64,000 bases of DNA, taken from contig CAXXMV010000006.1 in the NCBI GenBank assembly GCA_963662285.2, forward strand, positions 128,001 to 192,000. Reading direction: 5' to 3'. This DNA is from a bacterium. Its GTDB lineage: Bacteria; Hinthialibacterota; Hinthialibacteria; Hinthialibacterales; Hinthialibacteraceae. Below, in pieces: positions 20,992 to 31,364 of the stretch; the first letter of the stretch is position 1; every line of letters starts with the position of its first letter. Position numbers and translations under genes: made by a program. The notes beneath the pieces are model-generated. The model had not been told where the DNA came from, ran no database searches, and saw only the letters and a list, made by a program, of their open reading frames with translations.

Positions 20992-21107
20992 GCGTAGGGT
21001 GGATCAGCCTTACCGACCCACCAAAAATCCACCATATCCAATTAATCACCTACCTCCGCGTAGGCGTAGTTTGATCCGGTGGGTCATAAAACGCGACCCA
21101 CCCTACG
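20992..21107. repeat. Inverted pair of GTAG-type REP elements
   Basis: gcgtagggtggatc...gacccacca and ggtgggtc...gacccaccctacg. Confidence 0.75.
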
Positions 21108-21202
21108 GAACTTGGATAATATAGTTGGACTATATACAAAGATTTATACATGATATAGATATATAGCGAAAGATTTGGGATTATTTTTTTTTGAGGTAAA
21201 AA

Positions 21203-22183
21203 ATGAAACCGGAAGAAATTGTACGACGAACCATAGAATTCAAAACGCCGCCGCGTTTGCCTTTTTACCAAAGCGTGATGAACGATATTCCCAGCGATGT
21301 TTTAGAAATCCGGGAAATGGATAGAGCTAAAGCAGGCTGGTTCTTTGATAGGCCGGGGATGGATGACTGGGGCTGCCGCTGGGCTATAACTGAGATCAAG
21401 AATATGGGGCAGGTGGTAGATCATCCATTAATGGATCGGTCGGCAATTGATAGTTTTGTTCCCCCTGATCCACACGATTTATACTATTATGAAAGAATCG
21501 ATCCGCTCATCAAACAGGCTAATGACCGCTACGTCGTCATTACATGCCACTTTAATTTGATAGAGCGCTTGCACATGCTGCGAGGCTTCATCGGCGCCAT
21601 GGAAGACTTTTACATCGCTCCAGAACAGACCAACCACTTGCTGGATATGATTCTGGAGAACCGCTTGGGACACCTGGAGGAGATTCATCGGCGCTATGGA
21701 AATGCGGTGCATGGCATCTTTTTTACGGACGACTGGGGGACTCAGAAAGATATATTTGTCAGTCCGGATATTTTTGATCAGTTCTTCAAACAACGCTATC
21801 AAACATTGTGTGATGCAGTTCATGGATACGGCTGGCATGTGATTTTACATTCATGCGGTAAAATCAATAAACTGGTTCCGCGCTTCATTAATTTAGGCGT
21901 TGACGTATTGAATATGCAGCAGCCTAGAGCCTATGGTTTAGTGGAGTTCGGCGAGCAATTCAAGGGTAAAATATGCTTCCTGACCACGGTGGATATCCAA
22001 ACCACGCTGCCGCGGGGCATCGAACAGGAAGTGCGGGAAGAGGCGAATTTGATTGTGAAACATTGGAAAGTTTCAGAAGGCGGATTGATAGTATTCAATT
22101 ACGGCGACCCGGAAGCCTTGGGCATCCCGCTGGAAATGACGCCGATAATGTTTGATGAGTTCGTTAAGTTAATGTATTCTTAG
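21203..22183 (+). CDS. Uroporphyrinogen decarboxylase (URO-D/MtaA-like) family protein
   Basis: DDWG, LRG, TDDWGTQ, HSCG, LNMQQP, DIQ motifs. Confidence 0.85.
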   Translation: MKPEEIVRRTIEFKTPPRLPFYQSVMNDIPSDVLEIREMDRAKAGWFFDRPGMDDWGCRWAITEIKNMGQVVDHPLMDRSAIDSFVPPDPHDLYYYERIDPLIKQANDRYVVITCHFNLIERLHMLRGFIGAMEDFYIAPEQTNHLLDMILENRLGHLEEIHRRYGNAVHGIFFTDDWGTQKDIFVSPDIFDQFFKQRYQTLCDAVHGYGWHVILHSCGKINKLVPRFINLGVDVLNMQQPRAYGLVEFGEQFKGKICFLTTVDIQTTLPRGIEQEVREEANLIVKHWKVSEGGLIVFNYGDPEALGIPLEMTPIMFDEFVKLMYS

Positions 22184-22234
22184 GTTGTCGCCTGATCTGT
22201 TAATCATATCCTTGATATATGAAAGGCCGTTATC

Positions 22235-23155
22235 ATGTCTAATAAAACCAATCGTAGAGAATTTCTGAGTAAATCCATTCAAACCAGCGCTGCCGTATTG
22301 GCTTTTACTATGCCGGGCGGATTGACGGCAGCCAGTTCTACCACAGAACCGGGCAGTAATGCAAAGTGGCAAATAGGCTGTTATACCCGCCCGTGGGATA
22401 AACACGATTACCGCGTCGCCTTGGATTCAATAGCCCAGGCGGGCTTCAAACACGCGGGATTAATGACCTGCAACTCTGAGGATAGATTGGTCGTTTCTGT
22501 AAAGACTTCTGAAGATGAAGCGGTTCAAATCAATGAAGAGGTCAAAAAGCGAAAACTAGAGATTGCTTCGGTATATGGCGGCGGCATTCCAGTTAATGAA
22601 TCTCTGCAAGCGGGAATCGATGGCTTGAAGAAATTAATCGATAATTGCGCCATTGTGCAGTCGAAAACCTTGTTAATGGGCGGTACAGGCGATGAGAAAC
22701 TTTACGATGTTTATTACAAAGCCATTGCTGAATGCTGTGATTATGCAGCCGAAAAAAAGGTAGGCATCACCATTAAACCGCATGGCGGCATGAATGCCAC
22801 CGGGCCGCAATGCCGTAAACTGATCGAGAAACTGAATCATAAGAATTTCACTTTATGGTATGATCCCGGCAATATCTTCTATTATTCAAATGGCGAACTC
22901 AATCCAGTAGATGACGCCAAAACGGTTAATGGATTAGTAAGCGGCGTTTGCATCAAGGACTATGTGCATCCAAAAGAAGTTGCTGTAACGCCGGGCGCCG
23001 GGCAGGTGGATTTCCCCGCTGTTATGGCGCAACTTCAGAAAGGCGGGTTTACTCATGGGCCTTTGATTATCGAAACCTTAAAACCGGGAACCCTGAGTGA
23101 AATAAACCAGCAAGCCAAAATAGCGCGGAAGTTTGTTGAAGGATTGGTTTTATAA
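22235..23155 (+). CDS. Tat-exported sugar phosphate isomerase/epimerase (AP_endonuc_2 fold)
   Basis: TNRREFL Tat motif; KPHGG, YDPGN, IKD, PGAGQVDF, IE. Confidence 0.88.
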   Translation: MSNKTNRREFLSKSIQTSAAVLAFTMPGGLTAASSTTEPGSNAKWQIGCYTRPWDKHDYRVALDSIAQAGFKHAGLMTCNSEDRLVVSVKTSEDEAVQINEEVKKRKLEIASVYGGGIPVNESLQAGIDGLKKLIDNCAIVQSKTLLMGGTGDEKLYDVYYKAIAECCDYAAEKKVGITIKPHGGMNATGPQCRKLIEKLNHKNFTLWYDPGNIFYYSNGELNPVDDAKTVNGLVSGVCIKDYVHPKEVAVTPGAGQVDFPAVMAQLQKGGFTHGPLIIETLKPGTLSEINQQAKIARKFVEGLVL

Positions 23156-23228
23156 AGATATATCGGATCAATACATAAAAAAATAATGTATATCAACAAG
23201 GTTATGAGCAACAAATAGCGAGGTTCCA

Positions 23229-24623
23229 ATGAACAAACAAATATCCATTGCAATATTGTTGATTTTCGGATTGCTCAGCAGTGTGTTCTGCCAGGAAACC
23301 ATTACTGTTCGTCCGAAAGAGATCAATGACGTCCTGATTAATCCCGGCATCGGCTTCATGACCTTTCAGCGCTTTAACGGCGATGATTTGAATAAAGGTA
23401 AATCATGGACCGAAGGTTTCCCGATAGACTATCAGAAATTCGATGGAAATTTGGAAAATAAAAATCATCCAGCAACATCGCTGGCCTATTTTCGGATTTA
23501 TTGGAAATATGTAGAACCGGAACAGGATAAATATCGCTGGGATCTATTCGACAAGGCATTGGAAATTGCCAAAGAACGAGGGCAATCCTTATTGCTTCGA
23601 ATCGCGCCGTATGGAACAGGTGATGACAGAGATGTTCCTGACTGGTATCGCAAAATGGTTGGCGCCAAAAATGATTGGCCGGATAAGAAATGGCAGGTCG
23701 ATCCGGAAGACCCTAGATACGTTGAACATTTCGGTGGATTGATCCGCGACTTTGGCCAGCGTTATGATGGCCACCCCAACCTGGAAAGCGTCGATGTCTC
23801 CATTGTCGGCGCCTGGGGCGAGGGCGCCGGATCAGATAAGTTGTCGCCGGAAACGCGGCGTGCTCTGGTCGACGCTTATCTCAATGCATTTAAAAAGACT
23901 TCATTAATCATGTTGCTCTCAGACGCCAAAACCAATAGGTATGGAATTTCTAAAAGGGATGTCGGCTGGCGGGTTGATTGCCTGGGCGATATGGGCGGAT
24001 TCAGCGCGACCTGGAATCACATGGAGGATTATTACCCTCAGGCCATCATCAATTTCGGTATGCGAGACGCCTGGAAAAAGGCGCCGGTGTCACTTGAGGT
24101 TTGTTGGGTGCTGCAACATTGGAAAGATGAAGGCTGGGATATCGATAACATCATTGATGAATCCCTGAAATGGCATATTTCCTCATTCAATGCAAAATCA
24201 TCTCCCGTTCCAAGTGAATGGAAAGAACCAGTTGATCGATGGCTTAAGCGAATGGGTTACCGCTTTGTTTTAAGAAAATTCACCTATCCTTCATTTGTTA
24301 AAGCGGGAGAAGAATTAACTTTCACCAGCTGGTGGGATAACAAAGGCGTTGCGCCCTGTTATAAACCATATCCCCTGGCCTTTCGTATAAAGGATAAAAC
24401 CCGCCAATGGATCATCTATTCTGACGCTGATATCCGAACATGGTTGCCGGGAGATAATCTGTATGATGACGCAGTCAAGGTTCCCTCCGGTATTCTGGAA
24501 GGCGAGTACAATTTAGAAATTGCTCTGCTTGATCTGTATAGCGAGCAACCAAAAATCCAACTAGCCATCGAAGGAAAACAAGAGGATGGCTGGTATCCAT
24601 TGGGATGCATAAGAGTCAATTAA
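23229..24623 (+). CDS. Secreted DUF4832-domain glycoside hydrolase-like (beta-galactosidase-like) protein
   Basis: Signal peptide; NPGIG, EP....Y.W, RYDG, GAWGE, MGYRF, N.GVAP.Y and WLPG motifs. Confidence 0.75.
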   Translation: MNKQISIAILLIFGLLSSVFCQETITVRPKEINDVLINPGIGFMTFQRFNGDDLNKGKSWTEGFPIDYQKFDGNLENKNHPATSLAYFRIYWKYVEPEQDKYRWDLFDKALEIAKERGQSLLLRIAPYGTGDDRDVPDWYRKMVGAKNDWPDKKWQVDPEDPRYVEHFGGLIRDFGQRYDGHPNLESVDVSIVGAWGEGAGSDKLSPETRRALVDAYLNAFKKTSLIMLLSDAKTNRYGISKRDVGWRVDCLGDMGGFSATWNHMEDYYPQAIINFGMRDAWKKAPVSLEVCWVLQHWKDEGWDIDNIIDESLKWHISSFNAKSSPVPSEWKEPVDRWLKRMGYRFVLRKFTYPSFVKAGEELTFTSWWDNKGVAPCYKPYPLAFRIKDKTRQWIIYSDADIRTWLPGDNLYDDAVKVPSGILEGEYNLEIALLDLYSEQPKIQLAIEGKQEDGWYPLGCIRVN

Positions 24624-24636
24624 TAATAGTGGTAAA

Positions 24637-24727
24637 TGGTGGGCTACGCTTCGCTTTTAGCCCACCCTACCTGTTTCCTCTACGAACTGGCTTAGATGGG
24701 ACACGCTGGCGCTTTGTCCCATCCTAC
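24637..24727 (-). repeat. Two tandem GTAG-type REP elements
   Basis: tggtgggcta...tagcccaccctac and gatgggaca...tgtcccatcctac. Confidence 0.8.
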
Positions 24728-24751
24728 TTTGTATGATCAGAGAATGACATT

Positions 24752-27700
24752 ATGAATAGCCGTAATCACTTGTGCAATGATAAATTAATCCAACGAATCG
24801 CGGTTGGATTTTTTATTGCGTGGCTCATGCTTCATGCAGCATGGCGCTTGATGGATCATACTCCACTGCGCGGCGACCAGACTTTCTATACTCTGGGTGC
24901 GGTTCATATATTAGAACATTGGGATCAATCATGGCCTGAGTTCCTAAGTGAATTAAATGATGTGACGGCGACGCGCATCCGGCCTCCGGGGGGCAGCCTG
25001 CTCTTGGCGCCGTGGCTGGCCTTGTTTGATAATGATTTGCGCTGGGCGGGACTCGACACGGTTTTGTGGCATGCAGCGACTTTGTTATTGCTGTTTCTGT
25101 TGGGCAAGAGGTTATTTGATTCAACTACCGGATGTTTGGCTGGAGTTTTTTTTCTGGCGCTTCCTTTAATATATACTACGCGGGTTGATCCTGAATTTTA
25201 CTTCTTTACCTTGCTGCCGCTGGCGCTTTTATGTTGCACTCATTTGTGGGATGAAAGCGGCCTGCGCTGGTGCTGGCGGCTGCTGATGGGATTGGTTGTC
25301 GCATTCGCATTGCTGACTAAATGGGTCTTTGCCGTATATCTGTTAGGCCCGATGCTTCTTATGTCGGTTGTTCTGAATCTACGCATACAGTATAAGACGG
25401 TTAACCTTAGAAAGGCGCCGTTTTGGATTGAAATGGGATTGCTTACGGCGCCAGTAATACTAGTCGCCTTATTATGGTATTGGCCCAACCGTGCGGCGCT
25501 GGCGGAGGCCTTTGAGCAGATTGCCAGTATGCGCCAGTTTACGCCTTTTCATGATGGATGGCGTTGGTCTGTTCCATTGCATTATCCATCACAATTGCTT
25601 TTGCAGAATAAGATTGCGCCTGCGTTTTTTATGCTGGCTGGATTGTGTCTGCCGCTGCTGCCATCGAAACTATTGAATAGAATCGGTTGGCGTCCTTTTT
25701 CGCCCCATGACATTTATGGATATAGATTATTGATGTCCAGCGTCGTAGGCGCCTGGCTTTATTTCAGCGTTAGATATGAAAACGTCCCGGTCAAATACGC
25801 CTTTGCATTATTACCTGTTCTGTCGATTTTGTCTGTTGCATGGCTCAAGATGATTTGCGCAGGCAGACTCAAGAATTGTCTGGTAGGATTGCTGCTGATT
25901 TACGCCGCATGTTGTTCGGTCTGGATGCATTTCGCCCCGTTATCGCTGCTGGGCGAGGCCAAACTACCCCGAACAGTACAGATTGATCTGAATAATTATG
26001 TTTTAAGATACACGGTTCCGGTCAGCCGTCCTCCGCATCGCGAACAATGGCCTATGGATGCTATTGCCCAGACTATCGAACGACTGGAGAACGGCAACGG
26101 GCAAGCAGCGCAGGCGGCGGTGCTGCCTGATATATATTATTTCGACTGGCGCAATATGGGTGTGGCTCTTAAACTGCGCGGGCTTGATATGGACGCCGTT
26201 GCATTACCGCCTAAAAACGGATTGCTGCGTCTGATCAATGCGCGTTATATCATTGCCAGCCGGGGTCAGGTCACCCGTTTTTCATATCCCCATTTTGAGC
26301 AGGATCCCAATCATCGCATCGCGGTTCCCTTAAACCGGCTTATCGATAACGCTCCGGCCTGGTTCGGGGATCATTACCGGATGGTGGGGCGCTTTGATAT
26401 GCCCTATGGCCTGTCGGAACTGCAATTGTTTCACTTGGAGAAATCGCACGACGTCATATCGGCGAAAGCGTTATGCAATTTCTGGATCAGTTATAATTTG
26501 AATGACTCCGATGCCTGGGATCAGGTCGCCAAAGTCTGGGCTATGCTCTTAAACCAACCGCGCCTGAATCGAGCGCAATCCATTAGCGCTTTCTTAAAAG
26601 ATGGAAAGCAATCTAATGCGTCGATTTCATCTCTCTATAATATTATTGGAAAATATGAGAACCTGGTTGCTCTACTCGAAAAGTCCGATGCTGGTTCAGA
26701 TATCCTGCCCTATGAAGAACTGCAACTGGGCAGCCTGGGTGCTGATGCTGCTAGTTTAAAGTTATTAAAGCGTTGCGCCTCCGGGAAAAGTCTCTGCGCT
26801 TGGAAAGCAGCGCAATTGCTAGGGCAGCGCTGTTTGGAGCAAAACGACCTTGAAGAATCAGAACATTGGTTCTTACAATCCTGGAGATCTCAGCGCGACA
26901 GGCCGGAAATGCTGCGCCAGTTGGCGCAGATCGCCAGCAAGCGTAAACAACCGGGTTTACAAAAATTATATAACAGCATCGCCCAAAACAGCGAAGCATT
27001 ACTTAACAACAACCGGCGTCCCCTGTTTTATCAAAAAGCCGCTAACGCGCTGCTTGAGGCTGGTATGAATCAAGACGCCTTATGGTATGCCTATCAGGGA
27101 TTCACGGCGGGGCTTAACCGGCATCCCAATACATTGCCGTTGCATCGCGCCTTGCAGAGAAATAATCTATCTTTGCCGGATTACGAAACGCTGATGCTTC
27201 CCCTGGAGCGCATGACGGTTGATAATGATTCAGCCAGAGTTATATCACTGAAAACCGGGGATTCCTATGTTTTTTCATTTCTTAATCTGGATGGCGGTAA
27301 ATACCGCTTATACTGGGATCATGTGATCAAAGATTCTCCAGTAACCTTCTCATTCTCTCTGGATGAAACCATGCTGCAAACCCGGTCTTTCCAAAATGAT
27401 GATCCAGGCGTCTTTGAATTTGATTCAACCCTATGGGGCGACCGGCTGCGCATTGATTGCATCGAAGGTGAAGCGGTGTTGAGCGACGTCTTTCTGCAAC
27501 GTATTGAGACGGAGATTCCCTTCGTGGATTGGGATGGCGAATTAAACGTCAAAGGCAAGGGCTATCATGCCGCCCAACTGGATGCGGTTAACGGTTTTTC
27601 TTTTATAACTGACGGCGATTGGGTTCGCTTGAATTTCACCAAACATACTGATCCCCGCGCCTGGGATAAACTAATCATACAAGCGCAGGGCTTATGGACC

Positions 27701-27940
27701 GAATCAGCAACCCTGACCTGGATAGTCAGGGATGAGTCTAAACAGGATATTGAGATCGAAACCCGTCAAGCGCTGTTACCAGAGCCGGGAAAAGAATCTG
27801 TTATCGTGTATTTTCCTAGTGCGGTGCGCAAATATCCCTTCCTGCTGGGATTACGCATCCATTTTGAAAAACTACAACCAGAAGAGCGTCGATGCGTTAA
27901 TAAATTGAGATTAGTTCGTCAACCTGAAATGGTTCAATAA
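24752..27940 (+). CDS. GT39/ArnT-like (PMT_2) membrane glycosyltransferase with a long C-terminal extension containing TPR-like helices
   Basis: D..Y, RPP, LGKRLF and LLTKW GT-C motifs in the N-terminal multi-TM half; helical and beta C-terminal domains. Confidence 0.7.
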   Translation: MNSRNHLCNDKLIQRIAVGFFIAWLMLHAAWRLMDHTPLRGDQTFYTLGAVHILEHWDQSWPEFLSELNDVTATRIRPPGGSLLLAPWLALFDNDLRWAGLDTVLWHAATLLLLFLLGKRLFDSTTGCLAGVFFLALPLIYTTRVDPEFYFFTLLPLALLCCTHLWDESGLRWCWRLLMGLVVAFALLTKWVFAVYLLGPMLLMSVVLNLRIQYKTVNLRKAPFWIEMGLLTAPVILVALLWYWPNRAALAEAFEQIASMRQFTPFHDGWRWSVPLHYPSQLLLQNKIAPAFFMLAGLCLPLLPSKLLNRIGWRPFSPHDIYGYRLLMSSVVGAWLYFSVRYENVPVKYAFALLPVLSILSVAWLKMICAGRLKNCLVGLLLIYAACCSVWMHFAPLSLLGEAKLPRTVQIDLNNYVLRYTVPVSRPPHREQWPMDAIAQTIERLENGNGQAAQAAVLPDIYYFDWRNMGVALKLRGLDMDAVALPPKNGLLRLINARYIIASRGQVTRFSYPHFEQDPNHRIAVPLNRLIDNAPAWFGDHYRMVGRFDMPYGLSELQLFHLEKSHDVISAKALCNFWISYNLNDSDAWDQVAKVWAMLLNQPRLNRAQSISAFLKDGKQSNASISSLYNIIGKYENLVALLEKSDAGSDILPYEELQLGSLGADAASLKLLKRCASGKSLCAWKAAQLLGQRCLEQNDLEESEHWFLQSWRSQRDRPEMLRQLAQIASKRKQPGLQKLYNSIAQNSEALLNNNRRPLFYQKAANALLEAGMNQDALWYAYQGFTAGLNRHPNTLPLHRALQRNNLSLPDYETLMLPLERMTVDNDSARVISLKTGDSYVFSFLNLDGGKYRLYWDHVIKDSPVTFSFSLDETMLQTRSFQNDDPGVFEFDSTLWGDRLRIDCIEGEAVLSDVFLQRIETEIPFVDWDGELNVKGKGYHAAQLDAVNGFSFITDGDWVRLNFTKHTDPRAWDKLIIQAQGLWTESATLTWIVRDESKQDIEIETRQALLPEPGKESVIVYFPSAVRKYPFLLGLRIHFEKLQPEERRCVNKLRLVRQPEMVQ

Positions 27941-27950
27941 GTTTATTAAT

Positions 27951-29138
27951 ATGAAAATACTATTCCTAAATCATAACCTGGCTGGCCGGGGGACTTATTT
28001 CCGCTGTATGGGCTTCGCCCGCGAGCTGGTTAAACGCGGACATCAGGTCGATCTATGGACCGTATCCACTGAGCGGAATTTCCAAGGAACCTGCGTGGAA
28101 GAAGACGGCGTCAATATCTGGCATACTCCGCGCTGGGGTAAAGTGGGGCGGCATGACGGCGGCTATGCCTTGGTCGATAATATCGCGAGGTTCTTCGCAG
28201 CCAGTGAAGGCCGTTGGGATGTAGTGCACGCTTTCGATCACCGGCCCAATGTATTATTGCCCTGGCTCTGCCTTAAAATGAAAATGCGCTGTCTGCCCGG
28301 TAATAAAACTTTGTTCGTCTCTGACTGGTGCGACTGGTGGACGGCGGGAGGTATAACCACATCACGCCGCCGTTTCCCCATTATCGACCGCATCGAGCAG
28401 CGCATCGAAGAAGGCAGCAAACGCTTCTCCGATGGCGTTACAGTGATCAGTTCAGTGCTGCAACAGCGGGCTATTGCAGTCGGAGTGAATCCCGACTGGC
28501 TGCATCTGCTGCCATCCGGGGTGGATATCGAAAAATTCCCCGAAATGGATAAAAAGACCTGCCGCAAACTGATTGGCTTGCCTGAGGATAAACCAGTATT
28601 GGGATTCATCGGTTTTTCGTTGTGGGATATGGAACTGCTGGCCAATGCCTTTGAACAAGTCAAAAAGCAGATTCCCCAAGCCGTGCTGCTGGTGATCGGC
28701 GGCGGGGTGGAAGAGAGCGCCAACGATATATTTAAGCAGAGATTCAACATTGGCGTAGATGTCTTTCTGCCTGGAGTGATCCCATTTTCTGAGGCGCCGA
28801 AATATCTGGCAGCTTGCGATATTCAACTGCTGCCCATGGAAGATAACCTGGCCAACCGCGCGCGGCTGCCCAATAAATTATGCGACTATATGGCTTCAGG
28901 ACGCCCCATAGTAGCGTCGAATGTGGGCGAGGGTGGCGATATCGTCAGAAAGAAACAGATCGGTTTGGCGGTGGATGGTGGTGTGGAAAATTTCGCGGAG
29001 GCTTGCGCGGTTTTGCTGCTAAATGATAATCTAATTAGGGAGTATGGCGGAAGAGCGCGTAATGCCGCCAGGACGGAATATTGCTATTCCCGGCTAACTG
29101 ACTCAGTTTTAATGTTTTATGAACAATTGCATAAATAG
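27951..29138 (+). CDS. Glycosyltransferase family 4 protein
   Basis: LVKRGHQV, SGVD, PNKLCDYMASGRPIVAS. Confidence 0.9.
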   Translation: MKILFLNHNLAGRGTYFRCMGFARELVKRGHQVDLWTVSTERNFQGTCVEEDGVNIWHTPRWGKVGRHDGGYALVDNIARFFAASEGRWDVVHAFDHRPNVLLPWLCLKMKMRCLPGNKTLFVSDWCDWWTAGGITTSRRRFPIIDRIEQRIEEGSKRFSDGVTVISSVLQQRAIAVGVNPDWLHLLPSGVDIEKFPEMDKKTCRKLIGLPEDKPVLGFIGFSLWDMELLANAFEQVKKQIPQAVLLVIGGGVEESANDIFKQRFNIGVDVFLPGVIPFSEAPKYLAACDIQLLPMEDNLANRARLPNKLCDYMASGRPIVASNVGEGGDIVRKKQIGLAVDGGVENFAEACAVLLLNDNLIREYGGRARNAARTEYCYSRLTDSVLMFYEQLHK

Positions 29139-29155
29139 TAATGATATTTTTAAAA

Positions 29156-29184
29156 TTGCCATGTGATGTTCTTGAGAATATTAT
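29156..29184 (+). promoter_or_regulatory. Putative sigma70 promoter
   Basis: TTGCCA-17 bp-TATTAT upstream of 29263. Confidence 0.4.
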
Positions 29185-29262
29185 ATAATAGCTTTATTGT
29201 ATTATTGTTGAGCAAATTTTTTTACCTATTTAATTCGATTTAATCTGCTAAGGGGTGGATCA

Positions 29263-30333
29263 ATGCCCAAAAAGAAAACTCTTTGGAAACGTGATTTTCC
29301 GTGTCTGGTATGCGAGACTCCGATGATAAACTATCAGTTTATGACCAAGAGTCAGACCATAGTTTATGATGAGTGGATGGTGGCGCATACCCATTCTATT
29401 GGCGAGTATGAGGAATATCCCGAGACGCTCAAGACCTCGGTCTGCCCGGGCTGCCTGACATCTTCCAATGAATATAACTATGGGGTGGATTCGCTGAAGA
29501 CTTTTACCCGCAATCCACGCAAGAATACTCAGATCAAGGAATTTTACCAGAATTGCATTGAAGAGCGTTTCAAGTTGTTATCCTCTGAATTCTATAGATT
29601 CGAAAGAGAGAGCGCGGTTCTGGATAAGAATAACAAACGTCCCCCCAATACGCGGTCCAAAGCGACTTTTGAAAAAATCTGGTCTCAGAGAGAACAGTAT
29701 GGCGTTCCCTTTTTTACTTTTATGCTTCAGGAACCGCGTGACTTAGTGACAACCATGGTCTGTTTTGCTTTGGATCGTTACTGTCAGATGGTGCGTATCT
29801 GTTATAACTATGACGTCGAACCGGATAACTGGGAATACAATACTATAGCAGATACTCTTGAGCAGCATTTCCGTGATGAACCATTGAGTATGAAATCGCC
29901 TGAACCGCGTTTTTATTATATTGGAATCAATTATCTACAAGCCATTGAATTTCTGGAGGAACTTAATAAAACGCTATATGGCGATGACGAAGAAAAACAT
30001 AAAGATACTTTTGAAGAGTATTGGAGAGACGCTTATCGTTTTATGAAACTGAGTTTTGATAACGATGACCTCAGCGCTATTCCTCTCGAAATGAAAGACG
30101 CTGGTATGAACCTGCTGATGGCGCGTTTGCATCTTAAGTTCAATGCAGGAGAAGATGCTCTGAAATGCCTGAAATTCGCCAAGAACTATGCTGATAACCG
30201 CATGAAATCAATATCCAGCACCAACCAACAGACATTCGTTAATGATGTTGATGCTTTGGCGGCAAAATACCTTAAAAAGCCTGAAGAAGAAGAGAGTGAA
30301 GAAGGTGAAGAGGGTGAAGAAGGTGAAAAATAA
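29263..30333 (+). CDS. DUF2225-like zinc-ribbon/helical protein
   Basis: CLVC...VCPGC Cys pairs, TPR-like C-terminal helices, acidic EEG tail. Confidence 0.55.
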   Translation: MPKKKTLWKRDFPCLVCETPMINYQFMTKSQTIVYDEWMVAHTHSIGEYEEYPETLKTSVCPGCLTSSNEYNYGVDSLKTFTRNPRKNTQIKEFYQNCIEERFKLLSSEFYRFERESAVLDKNNKRPPNTRSKATFEKIWSQREQYGVPFFTFMLQEPRDLVTTMVCFALDRYCQMVRICYNYDVEPDNWEYNTIADTLEQHFRDEPLSMKSPEPRFYYIGINYLQAIEFLEELNKTLYGDDEEKHKDTFEEYWRDAYRFMKLSFDNDDLSAIPLEMKDAGMNLLMARLHLKFNAGEDALKCLKFAKNYADNRMKSISSTNQQTFVNDVDALAAKYLKKPEEEESEEGEEGEEGEK

Positions 30334-30370
30334 TTAGTTATTCTTCTTGCTCTTAAGTCTTTAAGATTCG

Positions 30371-30434
30371 CCCTCATCCTGGTTCTCTCCCGGAGGAATA
30401 GGGGGCTTGGTTATTCACCCTAACTTAAGGAGAT
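30371..30434 (-). repeat. Degenerate reverse copy of the CCCCTCTCCC...GGGAGAGGG..GGGTGAGGG REP/MITE
   Basis: ccctcatcctggttctctcccggaggaatagggg...taacttaaggagat resembles the reverse complement of 52304-52363. Confidence 0.5.
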
Positions 30435-30439
30435 ATTTC

Positions 30440-30997
30440 ATGAATCGTCATGAAACGATTTTACGCCGGGATGATGTACTTCTTTTGGTTATTGATTATC
30501 AGGAAAAATTTATCGGAGTTATGGAGCATAGCGACTCGGTCACATTTGAAATAAAAAGACTGACTCAAGGGATGAATCTGTTAGATGAACCGGTATTGAT
30601 TACCGAACAGTATTCTCAAGGATTAGGTCATACCATATCAGAAATTGTTGAACAATGCAGAAATGCTTCAGTGATTGATAAAATGACCTTCAGCTGTTGC
30701 GGCAAGGAGGAATTTTGGCGAATACTCCAAGACTCTAAACGCAAACAGCTGATTATTACCGGCATCGAAACCCATGTATGCGTATTACAGACTGTGCTCG
30801 ATCTGCTGGCTAATGGCTATCAGGTGCATATCCCTATTGACGCTACCTGCTCGCGATCCGATTCGAACCGTGATAATGCCCTGCGCCGCATGGAAAAGGC
30901 CGGGGCTATTCTAACCAACTCTGAATCGGTTTTATTTGAATTGTTGGTCGAAGCGGGTACTGATGATTTCAAGAAGGTAAGAAAATTAATCGTGTAA
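30440..30997 (+). CDS. Isochorismatase-family hydrolase
   Basis: LLVIDYQEK, TEQY, KMTFSC, GIETHVCVLQT; AAGGAG RBS before ATG 30440. Confidence 0.92.
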   Translation: MNRHETILRRDDVLLLVIDYQEKFIGVMEHSDSVTFEIKRLTQGMNLLDEPVLITEQYSQGLGHTISEIVEQCRNASVIDKMTFSCCGKEEFWRILQDSKRKQLIITGIETHVCVLQTVLDLLANGYQVHIPIDATCSRSDSNRDNALRRMEKAGAILTNSESVLFELLVEAGTDDFKKVRKLIV

Positions 30998-31364
30998 GGA
31001 TATAACTTAGGGATATAAATATCTCTACCTTACTGTCCCAATCCAAAAATCCACCCCATCAATCAATCCACCCGTCTCATACCAAGCAATCACAATATGT
31101 TATGAACATATCAATGAAATGATCCTACGCGAAAAACACGTAAGTTCAATGTTTGCAGTACGTATTAAAAATGCGAGGCGCCGGGGTCTACAAAACCATT
31201 GAATGACGCAGGAACCATTTCAAAAAATTAATTCTTATAATTGAGATATAATCTATAATGAGGAATAGTATTTTTATCAAATTTCAAATCTGATTTTGGG
31301 ATGTCTTTTGATTATATACTCGGCCACGTAAATATGTTTTTCGAGAAAGGAATCTTAAGAAATC

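Noticed and set aside
31175-31220. Partial resemblance to a c-di-GMP-I riboswitch (gcgaggc..ggggtcta..atgac) upstream of the LRR-LruC gene
   Set aside because: The GGCAAAC/GAAA-loop 5' half is missing; it cannot be supported without a covariance-model search
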